DNA of 63,693 bases, filler included. It is 7 parts of 7 records of this genome, joined end to end, with 100 filler letters (N's around TTAATTAATTAA, not from the genome) between each part and the next. Parts side by side here need not be neighbours in the genome. Positions count along the whole stretch, not along the records: positions 40,197 to 47,646 come from SRR31147125_871; positions 47,747 to 56,993 come from SRR31147125_873; 5 more parts are not named here. One strand, written 5' to 3'. Of the stretch, positions 40,363 through 51,760 are shown one piece after another; position 1 is the first letter of the stretch; each line of letters opens with the position of its first letter. The position numbers were made by a program, and so were the translations under genes. Below the pieces are notes generated by a model that ran no database searches, was not told the DNA's origin, and saw only the letters and a program-made list of their open reading frames with translations.

Positions 40363-42729
40363 CTAAAACTTTAATCTCACGCCGCCATAAAAGCTTGTGC
40401 CAATCATATCGGCATAAGCAAATTGAACTTTGTCGTTACCCAATAGATTACGGGCATTTACGAAGACTTCGTTTTCTCCCCAAATTTTATATGAAATAGC
40501 GAGATTTAAAAGAAACTTTGGATCTATCTCAACTGTTGATTCTATATGATCAAATGTTTGCTTTCCGTAAAAATATCCGGTAACATTAGATGTTAACTTT
40601 TGTGTAATATTATAGTTAACCATCAGTCCACCATAGAATGAAGGAGTCGCTTTATGTGATAAATTTTCTGTTGAACTAAAATCAGTTGTATAACTTAAAT
40701 AAAGTGGTAAACTTCCCTGAGCTGCTGCTCTCATAATACTATCTGTTGCAGCTGCCTGATGCTCACCCAATACTTCAAATGTTGTTTTTGGATAGAAATT
40801 TTTTAGCTTGGTTGATTGAATTGTTCCAAAAACTTTAAAGTTTACATCTTTATTTACAACCATACTAATATTTGCACTAACACCTTGTTGAACGGAAACT
40901 AAATCGAAATTTCTGTAGCTTACATTACTTTCTATTGTATATACCGGAAGACCAGATGGTGCCATGACAGGAACTCCATTATTAGTCATCAATGTAAACG
41001 ACATATCAACTGGCATAAAATATGTGAAATCCTGTGTTTTGGTATGAAAATATTCAATATCTGCTTGAATATTTGCAACAGGCTTTATTCTATATCCAAG
41101 TTCAATCTGATCCATAACAGCCAAATCTAATTCTTGATTTCCTGTCCAGAACATATCAAAAATACCTGGAATATAATGCCACACATAGTCTGAGTAATTA
41201 TCTGCCATAAATGGACCTCTGTTTGCACGGCTAAATACTCCCCTTACCAAATTATTATCATTAATAGAATACGTTGAAATAAACTGGTATGTGTAATATG
41301 TATCATCAGGTGAGTTATATTTATCTCCACGAACTGCAGCTATTAACCTTAATTTATCCATTAGTGTATAATCTGCACGTAAGAAATAGGCAAACGTATT
41401 TAATTCTTTGCTACCATTCAAGTATCCTTCCTTAATTTCAACATCTACATAATTTGCATCGCTATAATTTGCTTTTTGATAGCTAATTCCCGGACGCAGC
41501 TTTAATGAACCTAACTTAAGTTCATATTCCAAATTAGAATTTAATACTTCAATATCGTAATGAAATCCTTTGTTTGTTCTCTCCACATCCTGATCGCCTT
41601 CCAAATAATTTACCTGGAAATTTAATCCATGTGCAGTTGCTTTAAAATCAACATAGGATGTTTTAGAATACCTGGTTAAAAATGGGATATCGTGATTTCC
41701 TAAAACATTGGTCATATTATCAGATTCCTGTGTACCCAATGTAAGATCTAATGCAATATCATCGTTCACGTCATAAGAAATAAAACCGTTTATGCCGTAT
41801 TGATCTGCAGATCTATCCGGATTTGGAACTTTATTTGGAAGATTATCTTCTACTAGCATCCCACCTAATGTTGGATCAGTTTCTCTTAAAGTATCAAGGT
41901 AACTTCTCGGGTAATATTCTTGATCATCAATGTAGTATAACGTTTCGTGGAACCTTCCCAACGACTTATAATTTCCCGATAAACGGACACTTAACTTATC
42001 GCCTAAACCAAACCCTGCTGAAGCATTGGTAATTAATGAACTATTACTTCCACCTTGCGCTGATGCAGAAAAAGTAGGTTTTTGCGTTTTTGTATCTTTT
42101 GTTACAATATTTATTACCCCGGTTACAGCATTCGGCCCATATAATGCACTGGATGGACCACGGATAACTTCAATCCTGTCAATATCATTTATACCGATTG
42201 GCAATGTTTCCCAAAACGTTCCACCAAATGCATAATTGTAAACCGGGCGTCCGTCAATCATAACAAGTGCCATAGAATTTTCTGAGTATAAAAGAATATT
42301 TTTTGGCGGCACATTATCATTCCCGCGGATATGAACATCGTAATTACCAGGTGTTTTCTCTCTAACAACCAAACCCGGAACCAACCTTAACGCCTCAGGA
42401 ATAGATGTTACTCCGGATTGTACTATCTCTTCGCCGGTAACAACAGTAGAAGATAATGGAGATTCAAACGATGTTTCTTCTGATTTCGATGCCGATACGA
42501 TGTCTTTGTTAAGTATCATTTCGTATAATTCGTCTAACGAAACACCTACAATTTCAGCTAATTTTAATAACTGCTCAAGGGGCAAATCTATTAATTGATC
42601 GTAAGGAATATTTAATATTTCTTCGCGTGTCATTTCTTCAACATTAAGTGTAGTCTCCTGTGCATTTGTACTAACTACAATTAGTTGAACCATTATGATA
42701 AATAATATCGTCTTTATAAATGATTTCAT
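40363..42729 (-). CDS. TonB-dependent receptor
   Basis: Plug motifs SIPEALRLVPG, LVMIDGRPVY, IDRIEVIRGPSSALYGPNAVTGVINIVTK; C-terminal Phe. Confidence 0.95.
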   Translation of the reverse strand: MKSFIKTILFIIMVQLIVVSTNAQETTLNVEEMTREEILNIPYDQLIDLPLEQLLKLAEIVGVSLDELYEMILNKDIVSASKSEETSFESPLSSTVVTGEEIVQSGVTSIPEALRLVPGLVVREKTPGNYDVHIRGNDNVPPKNILLYSENSMALVMIDGRPVYNYAFGGTFWETLPIGINDIDRIEVIRGPSSALYGPNAVTGVINIVTKDTKTQKPTFSASAQGGSNSSLITNASAGFGLGDKLSVRLSGNYKSLGRFHETLYYIDDQEYYPRSYLDTLRETDPTLGGMLVEDNLPNKVPNPDRSADQYGINGFISYDVNDDIALDLTLGTQESDNMTNVLGNHDIPFLTRYSKTSYVDFKATAHGLNFQVNYLEGDQDVERTNKGFHYDIEVLNSNLEYELKLGSLKLRPGISYQKANYSDANYVDVEIKEGYLNGSKELNTFAYFLRADYTLMDKLRLIAAVRGDKYNSPDDTYYTYQFISTYSINDNNLVRGVFSRANRGPFMADNYSDYVWHYIPGIFDMFWTGNQELDLAVMDQIELGYRIKPVANIQADIEYFHTKTQDFTYFMPVDMSFTLMTNNGVPVMAPSGLPVYTIESNVSYRNFDLVSVQQGVSANISMVVNKDVNFKVFGTIQSTKLKNFYPKTTFEVLGEHQAAATDSIMRAAAQGSLPLYLSYTTDFSSTENLSHKATPSFYGGLMVNYNITQKLTSNVTGYFYGKQTFDHIESTVEIDPKFLLNLAISYKIWGENEVFVNARNLLGNDKVQFAYADMIGTSFYGGVRLKF

Positions 42730-42754
42730 TTTAATTATCTTTTTCGATTGTTAG

Positions 42755-43264
42755 TTAATTAACTCTAATTCCCAGTGCAACCAATGAGTTATTCAATTTA
42801 AGTCCTGAAGAAATTACAGCATCCGGATTAATTTCAAATTTTTGTTTTCCATTCTGCATAACATAGTTTATACCAGCACCTTCCTTTGCAAGTCCATTTT
42901 TATCAGTCACAATCAATGTTGGCTTTGTAGATAAGCTCGATTTTAATGTTCCTAACTGAGAACTTTTTGAGCTTGTTAAATAAACGATGTGAGATCTGGG
43001 AATCTCACCTGAATCATTTACTTTATTAACAACAATAGCCTGGGTTCCAACTTTCTTTTTCGATGCAAGTTTTTCTAATTCTGCAACTAAACCCGAATTT
43101 CCAACTACAGTAATTACAAAATCGCCATTCTGATATTCAGCTGGCCATTCTAAATACTTTGTAAAATTGTACATAAAAAGTGCTTTGAACATGTCTTCCT
43201 GGGCCGAGACAACAAAAGACCCAAACAAACCGATGAGCAAAAACAGGATTGCTTTCCTTTTCAT
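42755..43264 (-). CDS. YfiR family (DUF4154) periplasmic protein
   Basis: KALFMYNFTKYLEWP, PTLIVTD, GAGINY, KFEIN..A...GLKLNNSL. Confidence 0.88.
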   Translation of the reverse strand: MKRKAILFLLIGLFGSFVVSAQEDMFKALFMYNFTKYLEWPAEYQNGDFVITVVGNSGLVAELEKLASKKKVGTQAIVVNKVNDSGEIPRSHIVYLTSSKSSQLGTLKSSLSTKPTLIVTDKNGLAKEGAGINYVMQNGKQKFEINPDAVISSGLKLNNSLVALGIRVN

Positions 43265-43567
43265 TTTATTAGTGTTTATTATAAATGTTAAATAATCTCA
43301 ATATCTAACAATAGAGTAAAGTTTATTTCCAGTAACGTATTATCTACAAATGATAATACAATGTATCGATATACTATGAAGCGTTATTTAAGTTTCAAAA
43401 ATGGAGGTGATTTAGATTACTACCTGGAATTTGTTTTGAATAAAACGCAGTATAATAAACACTTATAATAATCTTAAATAATTGTTAAGGAAGGAAATTG
43501 GTGAATAAAACGGTGCATACAGTATTTGTGTATGAAATATATACGATGAATTAATGTTGTGGTCTAA

Positions 43568-43765
43568 TCAACCGATCAATTTAACTTCTTTGTTCTCAAT
43601 CATACTCTGAAGCTGCGATAACAAGGTTTGCTCCTGGGGATCAATGTATCCGTCTTCTGTAGCTATATTAAGGATTTTATCGTATTCTGCCCGAGTAACC
43701 TGGTGGTCTTCAATTGCCAATTCAATCATTTCTCTTAGTCTTCCAGCACTTTCGCTTAATGCCAT
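43568..43765 (-). CDS. Small hypothetical protein (two A-x-E-D-x-x-I/V...E repeats, TerB-like)
   Basis: 65-aa ORF with AIEDHQVTRAE / ATEDGYIDPQE internal repeat. Confidence 0.65.
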   Translation of the reverse strand: MALSESAGRLREMIELAIEDHQVTRAEYDKILNIATEDGYIDPQEQTLLSQLQSMIENKEVKLIG

Positions 43766-43934
43766 ATCATTCAGTTTTAAATTTCGTTCTAGTAAATTTA
43801 ATAATTAATTTACGATATAAAAGGACTAATGTGTATGGAAAATATTCCTTGTTAAAGAATATATGTTTTATCTATCCTGCTATGGTAGTAACATACATAA
43901 GAAATTTTATTTTTCCAGATATTATTTTGCATTA

Positions 43935-46715
43935 TCAATGCGCTTCCATCCAATTCTCCCCTACTCCACCTTCGGCAATTAATGGAACGTCAAGACTAAT
44001 TACGTTTTCCATTATTCGAATAACATTTTCCTTTAAGTAATCTATTTCAGATATCTGTGTATCAAATACAAGTTCATCATGTACCTGCAATATCATTTTC
44101 GATTTTAAGTTTTCTGTTTTCATAAAATTGAAAACCTGGATCATGGCAAGTTTAATAATATCTGCAGCCGATCCCTGGATGGGTGAATTGATGGCATTTC
44201 GTTCTGCAACGCCTCGAACGACAGCGTTTTTGGAATTGATATCTTTCAACCAACGTTTTCTTCCTTTTATGGTAGTAACATACCCAATTTTTTTGGCTTC
44301 TTCTATACATTCATTCATGTATTCGCGCACCCTTGGATACGACATAAAATATCCATCTATTAGCTCCCTGGCTTCGTTTCTTGGAATGTTTAAGCGTTGC
44401 GACAGACCGAATGCCGAAATACCATAAATAATTCCAAAATTAGCCGTTTTAGCGCGTCCTCTTTGTTCGCGTGAAACATCAGATAATGAAACCTTGTAAA
44501 TTTTTGACGCTGTAGTTGTATGAATGTCCTCTCCACTCTTAAAAGCAGCAATCATTTCTTCATCTCCGCTCATATGCGCCATTAAACGTAATTCAATTTG
44601 TGAGTAGTCAATTGACATTATTTTGTGCTCAGAATCTGATCCAATGAATGCTTTTCGAATCTCTCGTCCTTCTTCATCTCTAATAGGTATGTTTTGAAGA
44701 TTTGGATTCACTGAACTCAATCGACCCGTGGCGGCAATGGTCTGATTAAATGAAGTGTGTATCCTATCTGTTTGATTATTAATAAGTTTCGGCAATGCAT
44801 CAACATAAGTAGAAATAAGTTTTGTTAACTGCCTGAATTTCAATATTTTATCAATGATAGGATGAGAATCCCTTAATTTTGATAGCGTTTCCTCGCTTGT
44901 TGAATATTGCTTTGTTTTTGTCTTCTTTGGATTATCAATAATCTTCATCTTTTCAAATAATACTTCGCCCATTTGTTTTGGTGAAGCAATATTGAAGTTT
45001 TCTCCTGAAATCTCATATATTTCATTTTCAATACTCTGTACCTGTTCTTTTAAAATATTAGAATAAGACTTTAAAGACTCAACATCTAATTTTACCCCAA
45101 AACTTTCTACCTCAGTTAAAACTTTAAGTAATGGTATCTCAATATCATAAAATAAATTACTTAAGCCAGAATTTTCCAATTCTTCGTTAAGTTTTAAATA
45201 CAACTGCCAGGTAATATCGGAATCCTCACAGGCATATTCTTTTATATTTTCAATCGGAACATTTCGCATATTTCCCTGAAATTTTCCTTTTTTACCAATT
45301 AAAGTTTCAATTGAAACAGGGCGGTAATTCAAGTATATTTCAGATAGATAATCCATATTATGTTTTGCTTCCGGATGCATTAGATAATGCGCAATCATGG
45401 TATCGAATATTTTATTTTCAACATGAATTCCGTAACGCATCAATATCTGTAAATCGTACTTGATGTTTTGCCCAACTACAGTTTTGTCTTTATCTGAAAA
45501 TATAGTCGAGAATTTTTTTAATTTTTCTGTCGCTTCCTTTTGATCATTAGAAAATGGGATATAAAATCCTTCACAAGATTTGTAGGATATTGCTAATCCT
45601 ACAATTTCTGAAGTGAGCGAATCTAATCCGGTTGTTTCCGTATCAAAACAAAAAATATCTTGTTTGCTTAACTGTGCAATGAATTCATCAAGCTCTCCAT
45701 CATCAATCACTGTATATGTATGTTCGACTGTTTCAATTGTTTTGTGTCCTGAATTTGATTCAGAAACAGATGGAATTGTATCTTGAGAAAACAAATCTTT
45801 TTGAACAGGTTTATTAGAAGTTTTAGGTTCTTCTACTTTTGATCCAAAAAGTCGCTCTGGAATTGAACGAAATTCCAATTCCTGAAATAGCTCTAATAGT
45901 TTATCTTTATTATAGTCCTGTAGCTTTAATGATTCTGCATCAAATTCAACAGGAACATCCAAAGCGATGGTCACTAATTTTTTTGATAGTTTCAAAAGCT
46001 CTATATTATCAGAAACTTTTTCTTTTTGCTTTCCTTTGAGCTCTTCTACATTATCAATAAGATTTTCAACTGAATCAAACTTTTCTATTAATTTAATAGC
46101 TGTCTTCTCCCCAATTCCCGGAACTCCCGGTACATTATCGGCTGTATCGCCCATCAGAGCCAAAATATCAATAACCTGATCTGCCCTTCTAATCGAATAT
46201 TTTTCTTTTAAACTATCCAGATCCACAATTTCAACATCAGAACCACCTTTGCGGGGTTTATACATAAAAATGGTTTCTTCAATAAGTTGTCCGTAATCTT
46301 TATCCGGGGTTACCATGTAAACTTCAAAACCATTTTCGCTCGATTTTTTTGCCAGGGTACCAATTACATCGTCGGCCTCGTAGTTGGGAACTTCAATAAC
46401 GGGTATGTTAAATCCCTCAATTATACTTTTTATAAATGGAACAGACATTTTTATATCTTCCGGTGTTTCATCTCTATTGGCTTTGTACTCCGGATACATT
46501 TCACTCCGAAATGTTGGAGAGGGTGGATCAAAAACCACAGCAATATGACTCGGATTTTCTGTTTTGATTAATTCAATCAACGAGTTTGTGAATCCATATA
46601 TGGCAGAGGTATTTATTCCTTTTGAATTAATTATGGGCCGATTTATAAATGCATAATAGGAACGAAATATAAGTGCATACGCATCTAAAAAGAAAACACG
46701 AGGTTTTGAATTCAT
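43935..46715 (-). CDS. polA: DNA polymerase I
   Basis: 5'-3' exonuclease (LDAYALIFRSYYAF, EADDVIGT), 3'-5' exonuclease (FDTETTG), TGRLSSVNPNLQNIP, DYSQIELR, QVHDELVF. Confidence 0.98.
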   Translation of the reverse strand: MNSKPRVFFLDAYALIFRSYYAFINRPIINSKGINTSAIYGFTNSLIELIKTENPSHIAVVFDPPSPTFRSEMYPEYKANRDETPEDIKMSVPFIKSIIEGFNIPVIEVPNYEADDVIGTLAKKSSENGFEVYMVTPDKDYGQLIEETIFMYKPRKGGSDVEIVDLDSLKEKYSIRRADQVIDILALMGDTADNVPGVPGIGEKTAIKLIEKFDSVENLIDNVEELKGKQKEKVSDNIELLKLSKKLVTIALDVPVEFDAESLKLQDYNKDKLLELFQELEFRSIPERLFGSKVEEPKTSNKPVQKDLFSQDTIPSVSESNSGHKTIETVEHTYTVIDDGELDEFIAQLSKQDIFCFDTETTGLDSLTSEIVGLAISYKSCEGFYIPFSNDQKEATEKLKKFSTIFSDKDKTVVGQNIKYDLQILMRYGIHVENKIFDTMIAHYLMHPEAKHNMDYLSEIYLNYRPVSIETLIGKKGKFQGNMRNVPIENIKEYACEDSDITWQLYLKLNEELENSGLSNLFYDIEIPLLKVLTEVESFGVKLDVESLKSYSNILKEQVQSIENEIYEISGENFNIASPKQMGEVLFEKMKIIDNPKKTKTKQYSTSEETLSKLRDSHPIIDKILKFRQLTKLISTYVDALPKLINNQTDRIHTSFNQTIAATGRLSSVNPNLQNIPIRDEEGREIRKAFIGSDSEHKIMSIDYSQIELRLMAHMSGDEEMIAAFKSGEDIHTTTASKIYKVSLSDVSREQRGRAKTANFGIIYGISAFGLSQRLNIPRNEARELIDGYFMSYPRVREYMNECIEEAKKIGYVTTIKGRKRWLKDINSKNAVVRGVAERNAINSPIQGSAADIIKLAMIQVFNFMKTENLKSKMILQVHDELVFDTQISEIDYLKENVIRIMENVISLDVPLIAEGGVGENWMEAH

Positions 46716-46821
46716 AATATAAGTTTTATTAGTATACCTTGTTAAACAAAAAATGCTTTGAAAATTATTAAATCAAAGCATAGCAAACACGGAAAGTGAA
46801 ACTAAAAATATTTAAATGAAA

Positions 46822-47121
46822 TTAATCGCAAGCACATTTACTAACACATTCTACTATATTACTGAGATTATCATTCTTAAGTGAATAAAATGTATTCTTC
46901 CCATCTCGTTTAGAATTCAATACACCCTTATCTTTAAGAATCCCCAGATGATGGGAAGTAGTTGATTGCTCAATTCCTAACAATTCATGAATTTCAGTAA
47001 CTGTTAAAGTTTTTCCATCTTCTAAATGATTCAAAATTGCGATTCTCATGGGATGCGCAATTGCTTTTAACATGCTAGCAGCTTTTTCAAGCTGTTCCGG
47101 TGTCAACGTGCTAATATTCAT
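46822..47121 (-). CDS. ArsR/SmtB-family regulator
   Basis: LKAIAHPMRIAIL, LTVTEI, EQSTTSHHLGIL, RDGKNTFYSL. Confidence 0.92.
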   Translation of the reverse strand: MNISTLTPEQLEKAASMLKAIAHPMRIAILNHLEDGKTLTVTEIHELLGIEQSTTSHHLGILKDKGVLNSKRDGKNTFYSLKNDNLSNIVECVSKCACD

Positions 47122-47281
47122 CTTCTCCTTGGTTATATCTTCCAAAATATCGTAATATTTTATCATTCAACAACAAATACAAATATATAAATATATTATC
47201 ATATTTGTGAATATTTTTTCGTGGCTATAGGAGCAATTTCCATGAAAATGTGTTATTATTATACGAATTTAAAATTTGAAA

Positions 47282-47646
47282 ATGATTTCAATAAATGATA
47301 TAAAATTGCCCATCAAAGATGAGATGAAAGAGTTTGAAAAACGATTTCAAACATCTTTAAACACAAAGGTGGCACTACTAAATATTATCACAAAATATGT
47401 TTTAAGGAGAAAGGGTAAGCAAATGCGCCCCATGTTTGTTTTGCTTTCTGCGAAAATGTTGGGTACAATTAGCAATTCAACTTATGTTGCCGCATCGCTT
47501 ATAGAACTATTGCATACTGCATCCTTAATTCATGATGATGTTGTAGATGAATCGTATGAAAGACGTAATCATTTCTCCATTAATGCATTGTGGAAATCTA
47601 AAATTGCAGTATTAATGGGAGATTATCTTTTGGCGCAAGGTTTATT
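47282..47646 (+). CDS. Polyprenyl diphosphate synthase (IspB-like), truncated
   Basis: GKQMRP, ELLHTASLIHDDVVD..RR, AVLMGDYL. Confidence 0.93.
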
Positions 47647-47746
47647 NNNNNNNNNNNNNNNNNNNNNNNNNNNNNNNNNNNNNNNNNNNNTTAATTAATT
47701 AANNNNNNNNNNNNNNNNNNNNNNNNNNNNNNNNNNNNNNNNNNNN
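47647..47746. other. Artificial contig linker
   Basis: N44-TTAATTAATTAA-N44. Confidence 0.99.
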
Positions 47747-47762
47747 AAAAATTGTCCATTAA

Positions 47763-48919
47763 TTATTTCTCCTTTATTAATCCTTCTAAAATACTTAAAA
47801 TGTTATTTTTTATAGTTATTTTTTTATCAATATTCTCCAGAATGGTTTCATAGGAGTTATCAAAATATACATAATCAATTATGTGCAACTCATCTTTATT
47901 TTCATATTTTTCATTCATATATGATAAGTCTCTTTCAGTTATGCCCTTATTTAAAAGACTAATTACCTCATTGCAATATGTTGCACTTTCATTTCGAATG
48001 TATTCATTAATAAATTTTAAATAATAATCAACATTAATTTGTGAGTTTTTGTAACTCTCCAGCGTAGCTTTTATTATTATTACATTTGCAATAAATAAAG
48101 TGTTTATATCATTAGTTTTTCCATAAATCATTTGATCAATTTGGTTAATAGCATCAACATATTTCTTTTGCAGAATCAAAATTTCTATTTTGATTAACAA
48201 TAATAAAGACATATCCTTTTGATTAGCATTTAGAATCTTTTCATCTATAAGCTCGCGCACCTTATTTAACTCTTCAATATACAATAAAACTAGAATTTCA
48301 TCATTAACTAATTCTGGTATTTTTTTATGTTGTTTTGAATCAATAATAATGCGCCAGAATAATCTTTTTTCTTAAAAAGTAGTTTTACTCTATTATTGAC
48401 TATGCTTTTATTACCGTGAAATTTTTCTTCAAGCATCTTGTTATATTTCTCAGCAGCTTCAACATCTATTTGCAACATAAGACTAAATTTAATTTGATGT
48501 ACAGCTTCATTAGTTGGATCTATTATTGTAAGTTCGTCTAACAATTTATTGGCATGCCTAAAGCTATTAACTGCTATTAACAATATACTCAATAACAACC
48601 TAGATTCAACATCATGGGAATAATTGTTAGCTATTTGAAATGTTTTCTCTAAGGCAACTTCGAAATTCCCTTTTAATAAGTTAGCTATAGATATACCTCG
48701 CAGGTTCTCGAGGTTGTTTCCACCATTTATTAATGATAAATTGAAGTTGTAAACTGCCTTATCATAATCTCCATCAATAGTATTAAGCTTTGCCAAATAA
48801 TAATATGGTAATGCATTGGATATATTTCTCATCAAGTATTTATTGCATAACCGTTTTGCTTGTTCATACTTTTTTTCACTAAATAATATGTCAAGTTTAT
48901 CATCCCTTTGTTTTTTCAT
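47763..48919 (-). CDS. TPR-repeat protein (~385 aa); two ORFs joined by a frameshift at ~48323
   Basis: YYYLAKLNTIDGDYDKAVYNF TPR; alternative frame IPELVNDEILVLLYIEE links to ORF 47763..48284. Confidence 0.7.
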
Positions 48920-48958
48920 TTATTTTCTCCCTAATCTATACATTGATTATTATTCTTC

Positions 48959-49929
48959 TTAATAACCTATCACTTGTCCTCTTAGTTCTTGTGCACCTTC
49001 TACAATGTAATAATATATCTTTTCGCCATTCTCTTCTCCGAACATATTAATTAAATAATCTCTTCCACTAGTTCCTGTTACTAATCCAATCACATCAAGA
49101 ATTTCTAACGTAGCGTATGTAGCAAACCAAGCAATCATCAAAACAGCTAAGCCAATAATAGCTGCTTTCGCAACAACCAATGCAGTTGATCCAAATAATA
49201 CAGCATAAAAATAAATCATCAAATCACCAATAAGTTTTGCGCCCCAGGCTGATAGTAACTCATACGAAAGTACCGCGATATAAGCTTCAAGTATTTCTAA
49301 GATTGCACTTTCAATATCCTGCCAATTGTCATCTAGCCAGTTTAATGCTCCTTCAATCCATTCTTCCACTGTAGATATCACTGGCTCGGCTACGTCTTTA
49401 ATAAATTCAACTGCATCATCAATCGACTCACAGAAAAACTCACCTGCATCATTTATAGCATTCATAGCAGTATCTTTAACATGATCAAATTTTTCAGAAA
49501 TAGATTCAGCTATATCTTCAACTTTTTCTGTTATTTCATTATAAGTTTCTCCAACAACTACTGCGGCATCTACAGTTCCCCCCAAATATCTGCTGATACT
49601 TCTTTCATTCCATCAACACTTCCATGATAAAACTCACCAACTCCATCAACTATTTGACCCCATATGCTACGTGATATTACAAAATCATCTGAACGATTTC
49701 TAAACGACGATAACTCTTTTTTATAGCTATCAAAGTCATTTTCTATTCTCTTGCAGTTTGAATATGCAGAATCTAATTGATCTCCAATCCCATATTTTCT
49801 TTTTAAATAACCTGGACTGGATAAGTCAATAGTTCTTAGCTCTTTTTTAATTTCATCGGCTAAATTCTCCGCATCGTTCACTTCCCTTTTCAATTTATCT
49901 AAGTGCGACAAATCAACCCTAACTCTCAT
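48959..49929 (-). CDS. Candidate T7SS substrate: WXG100/LXG-like helical N-terminus, acidic helical middle, hydrophobic C-terminal helices; frameshift at ~49580
   Basis: MRVRVDLSHLDKLKREV start; G-run shift joins IWG to GTVDAAVVV; hydrophobic segment LMIYFYAVLFGSTALVVAKAAIIGLAVLMIAWFATY. Confidence 0.6.
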
Positions 49930-49942
49930 ATAACTTCCTCAC

Positions 49943-51067
49943 TTATAATAGTTTAAATATATTATTTTCATCACCAAGATAGAGTTTATCTCCACTCTTT
50001 AGAGTGTTCTCCGTATTCGCAGTAAGCGGGGTTTCATCTTGATTAAAAGTACCTGTATTTGAATTATCCGTAACTATATACTCTTTAGTGTTTTTATCGT
50101 AACTAATAGAACAATGTAGCTTGCTTACTTTATCCTTGTTTTCCTCAATAATAACTCTTGCTTTAGCTGGGTCAGTACCAATTGTAATAATATCGTTTTC
50201 GTTTTTAAGAATAAATTTCAAACCTTTATATTGACCTTCGATGCACTTAATACTACCTTTTTTGTTTTTGTCTTTGATAAAGAACATAATAACGATTAAA
50301 AAGGCTAATAGCAGAATTACACCTAATAAAATCAACTTAGTTTTCATATCCATCGACCATTTAAAAAGTATCGCAGTATCATCCATCTTTTCACCAGTTG
50401 GAGCAAGCAATGTTTGTCCATTTATCCAAGAATATGATTTAATCTTATAATCTTTAGTTACATATTTTACTTTTCCTTGCAAAACAATAACTTTATCAAT
50501 ATCCTCTTCCTTTTCATAAAATATATCTCCAATAGTCAACTCTGGTACAATCTCACTATCGAAAAGTGATGTAAAAACAGGACTATTGCTAAAATTAAAG
50601 TGAATATATGTATACCCTTTTAAATCATCGATTTTTTCTGTTTTAAGCTCGCCCGATTGACCATCAACAAAGTCCAATTCATTTTTATCAGATTTTGAGA
50701 CCATTTCTCTAATAGAATCTATAAACCTTTCAAAATCATAGTTGCTTTTTCCAACAACCTCAATATAATTTGGTTTAGATGTAACAGTAGAAAATACAAT
50801 ACTATTTCCATCTGTGCTAATATCGTAGTCATCCACGTTTTTTCCAAACCCACTAAATGCAATAAACTCTTCTTTATCAATATTATTAACTTCAAACCAA
50901 TTACCACCAGAAGCCGTTATTGTATATTCATCTAAGCTAAGCTCTTCTTTTACTCTATTTCCATTCAAGAAAGTTGTCTTCAAATATGTCTGATCTTCAT
51001 ATGCATATGCAACAACAGAAGATAACGACAAAACTAAAGCTACCATAAATAATAATATTTTTTTCAT
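49943..51067 (-). CDS. Signal peptide + extracellular domain + TM + cytoplasmic FHA domain protein
   Basis: MKKILLF...AYA signal; TM near the C-terminal third; ITIGTDP..VSKLHC...DNSNTGTF FHA (GT replaces the usual GR). Confidence 0.8.
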   Translation of the reverse strand: MKKILLFMVALVLSLSSVVAYAYEDQTYLKTTFLNGNRVKEELSLDEYTITASGGNWFEVNNIDKEEFIAFSGFGKNVDDYDISTDGNSIVFSTVTSKPNYIEVVGKSNYDFERFIDSIREMVSKSDKNELDFVDGQSGELKTEKIDDLKGYTYIHFNFSNSPVFTSLFDSEIVPELTIGDIFYEKEEDIDKVIVLQGKVKYVTKDYKIKSYSWINGQTLLAPTGEKMDDTAILFKWSMDMKTKLILLGVILLLAFLIVIMFFIKDKNKKGSIKCIEGQYKGLKFILKNENDIITIGTDPAKARVIIEENKDKVSKLHCSISYDKNTKEYIVTDNSNTGTFNQDETPLTANTENTLKSGDKLYLGDENNIFKLL

Positions 51068-51068
51068 A

Positions 51069-51750
51069 CTAATCCCCTTGAAACTTGTTATTCTTCCAGC
51101 TAAAATTCTCATCACAAATACTTATAAACATAAGCTTTGTATGCCCTACTTCTATGATATCCTTATTGCTTATATTAACCTGTTGTAATACAGGGGTATC
51201 ATTCAAGTAAACAATTTGATCACCATCACCTGGTGCAATCAAATATGTATTGGATTTGATGTCATAGACTAAAATACAATGATTCTCTCTAGTAACACTT
51301 TTATCATTTAGCACAACATGCATTCTTTCACTTCTTCCAATTCTATTCATTCCAGCTATAAGTCTAAAGTCAAGACCAATATCTTCCCCCGACACACAAA
51401 GCAACCATCCTACTACTGGCTCAACACCCTCGTTTCTACTAATCCCTACCGTTTTGTCATCGCACTTATTTAAATTTTCCGAATCATTGTTTTGAGTTGT
51501 AATCGTTGAATTAGTAACTTGTGAAACAACATTTTCATCTATGAATTCATTTTCTATACTACTTGTCACATTTTTTACTTCTAACAACATATACAGTATT
51601 ATCATTTCTGCTCTCTGCTCTTTGCTGTGGTGTTCGTCTGTTTTCTACGTGTATAGAACTCTTATTAGCTTCATTATTTTTACAATACGGACATTCCTTT
51701 AATTCTTTTTTATAAAAATGCCCATTACGACACTTTTTCATTTTATTCAT
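51069..51750 (-). CDS. Zn-ribbon + FHA domain protein; frameshift at ~51573
   Basis: KKCRNGHFY...CPYC N-terminus; EPVVGWLLCVSG..G.DFRL..G.NRIGRS...SVTRENHC FHA. Confidence 0.8.
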
Positions 51751-51760
51751 AAATATTCCC

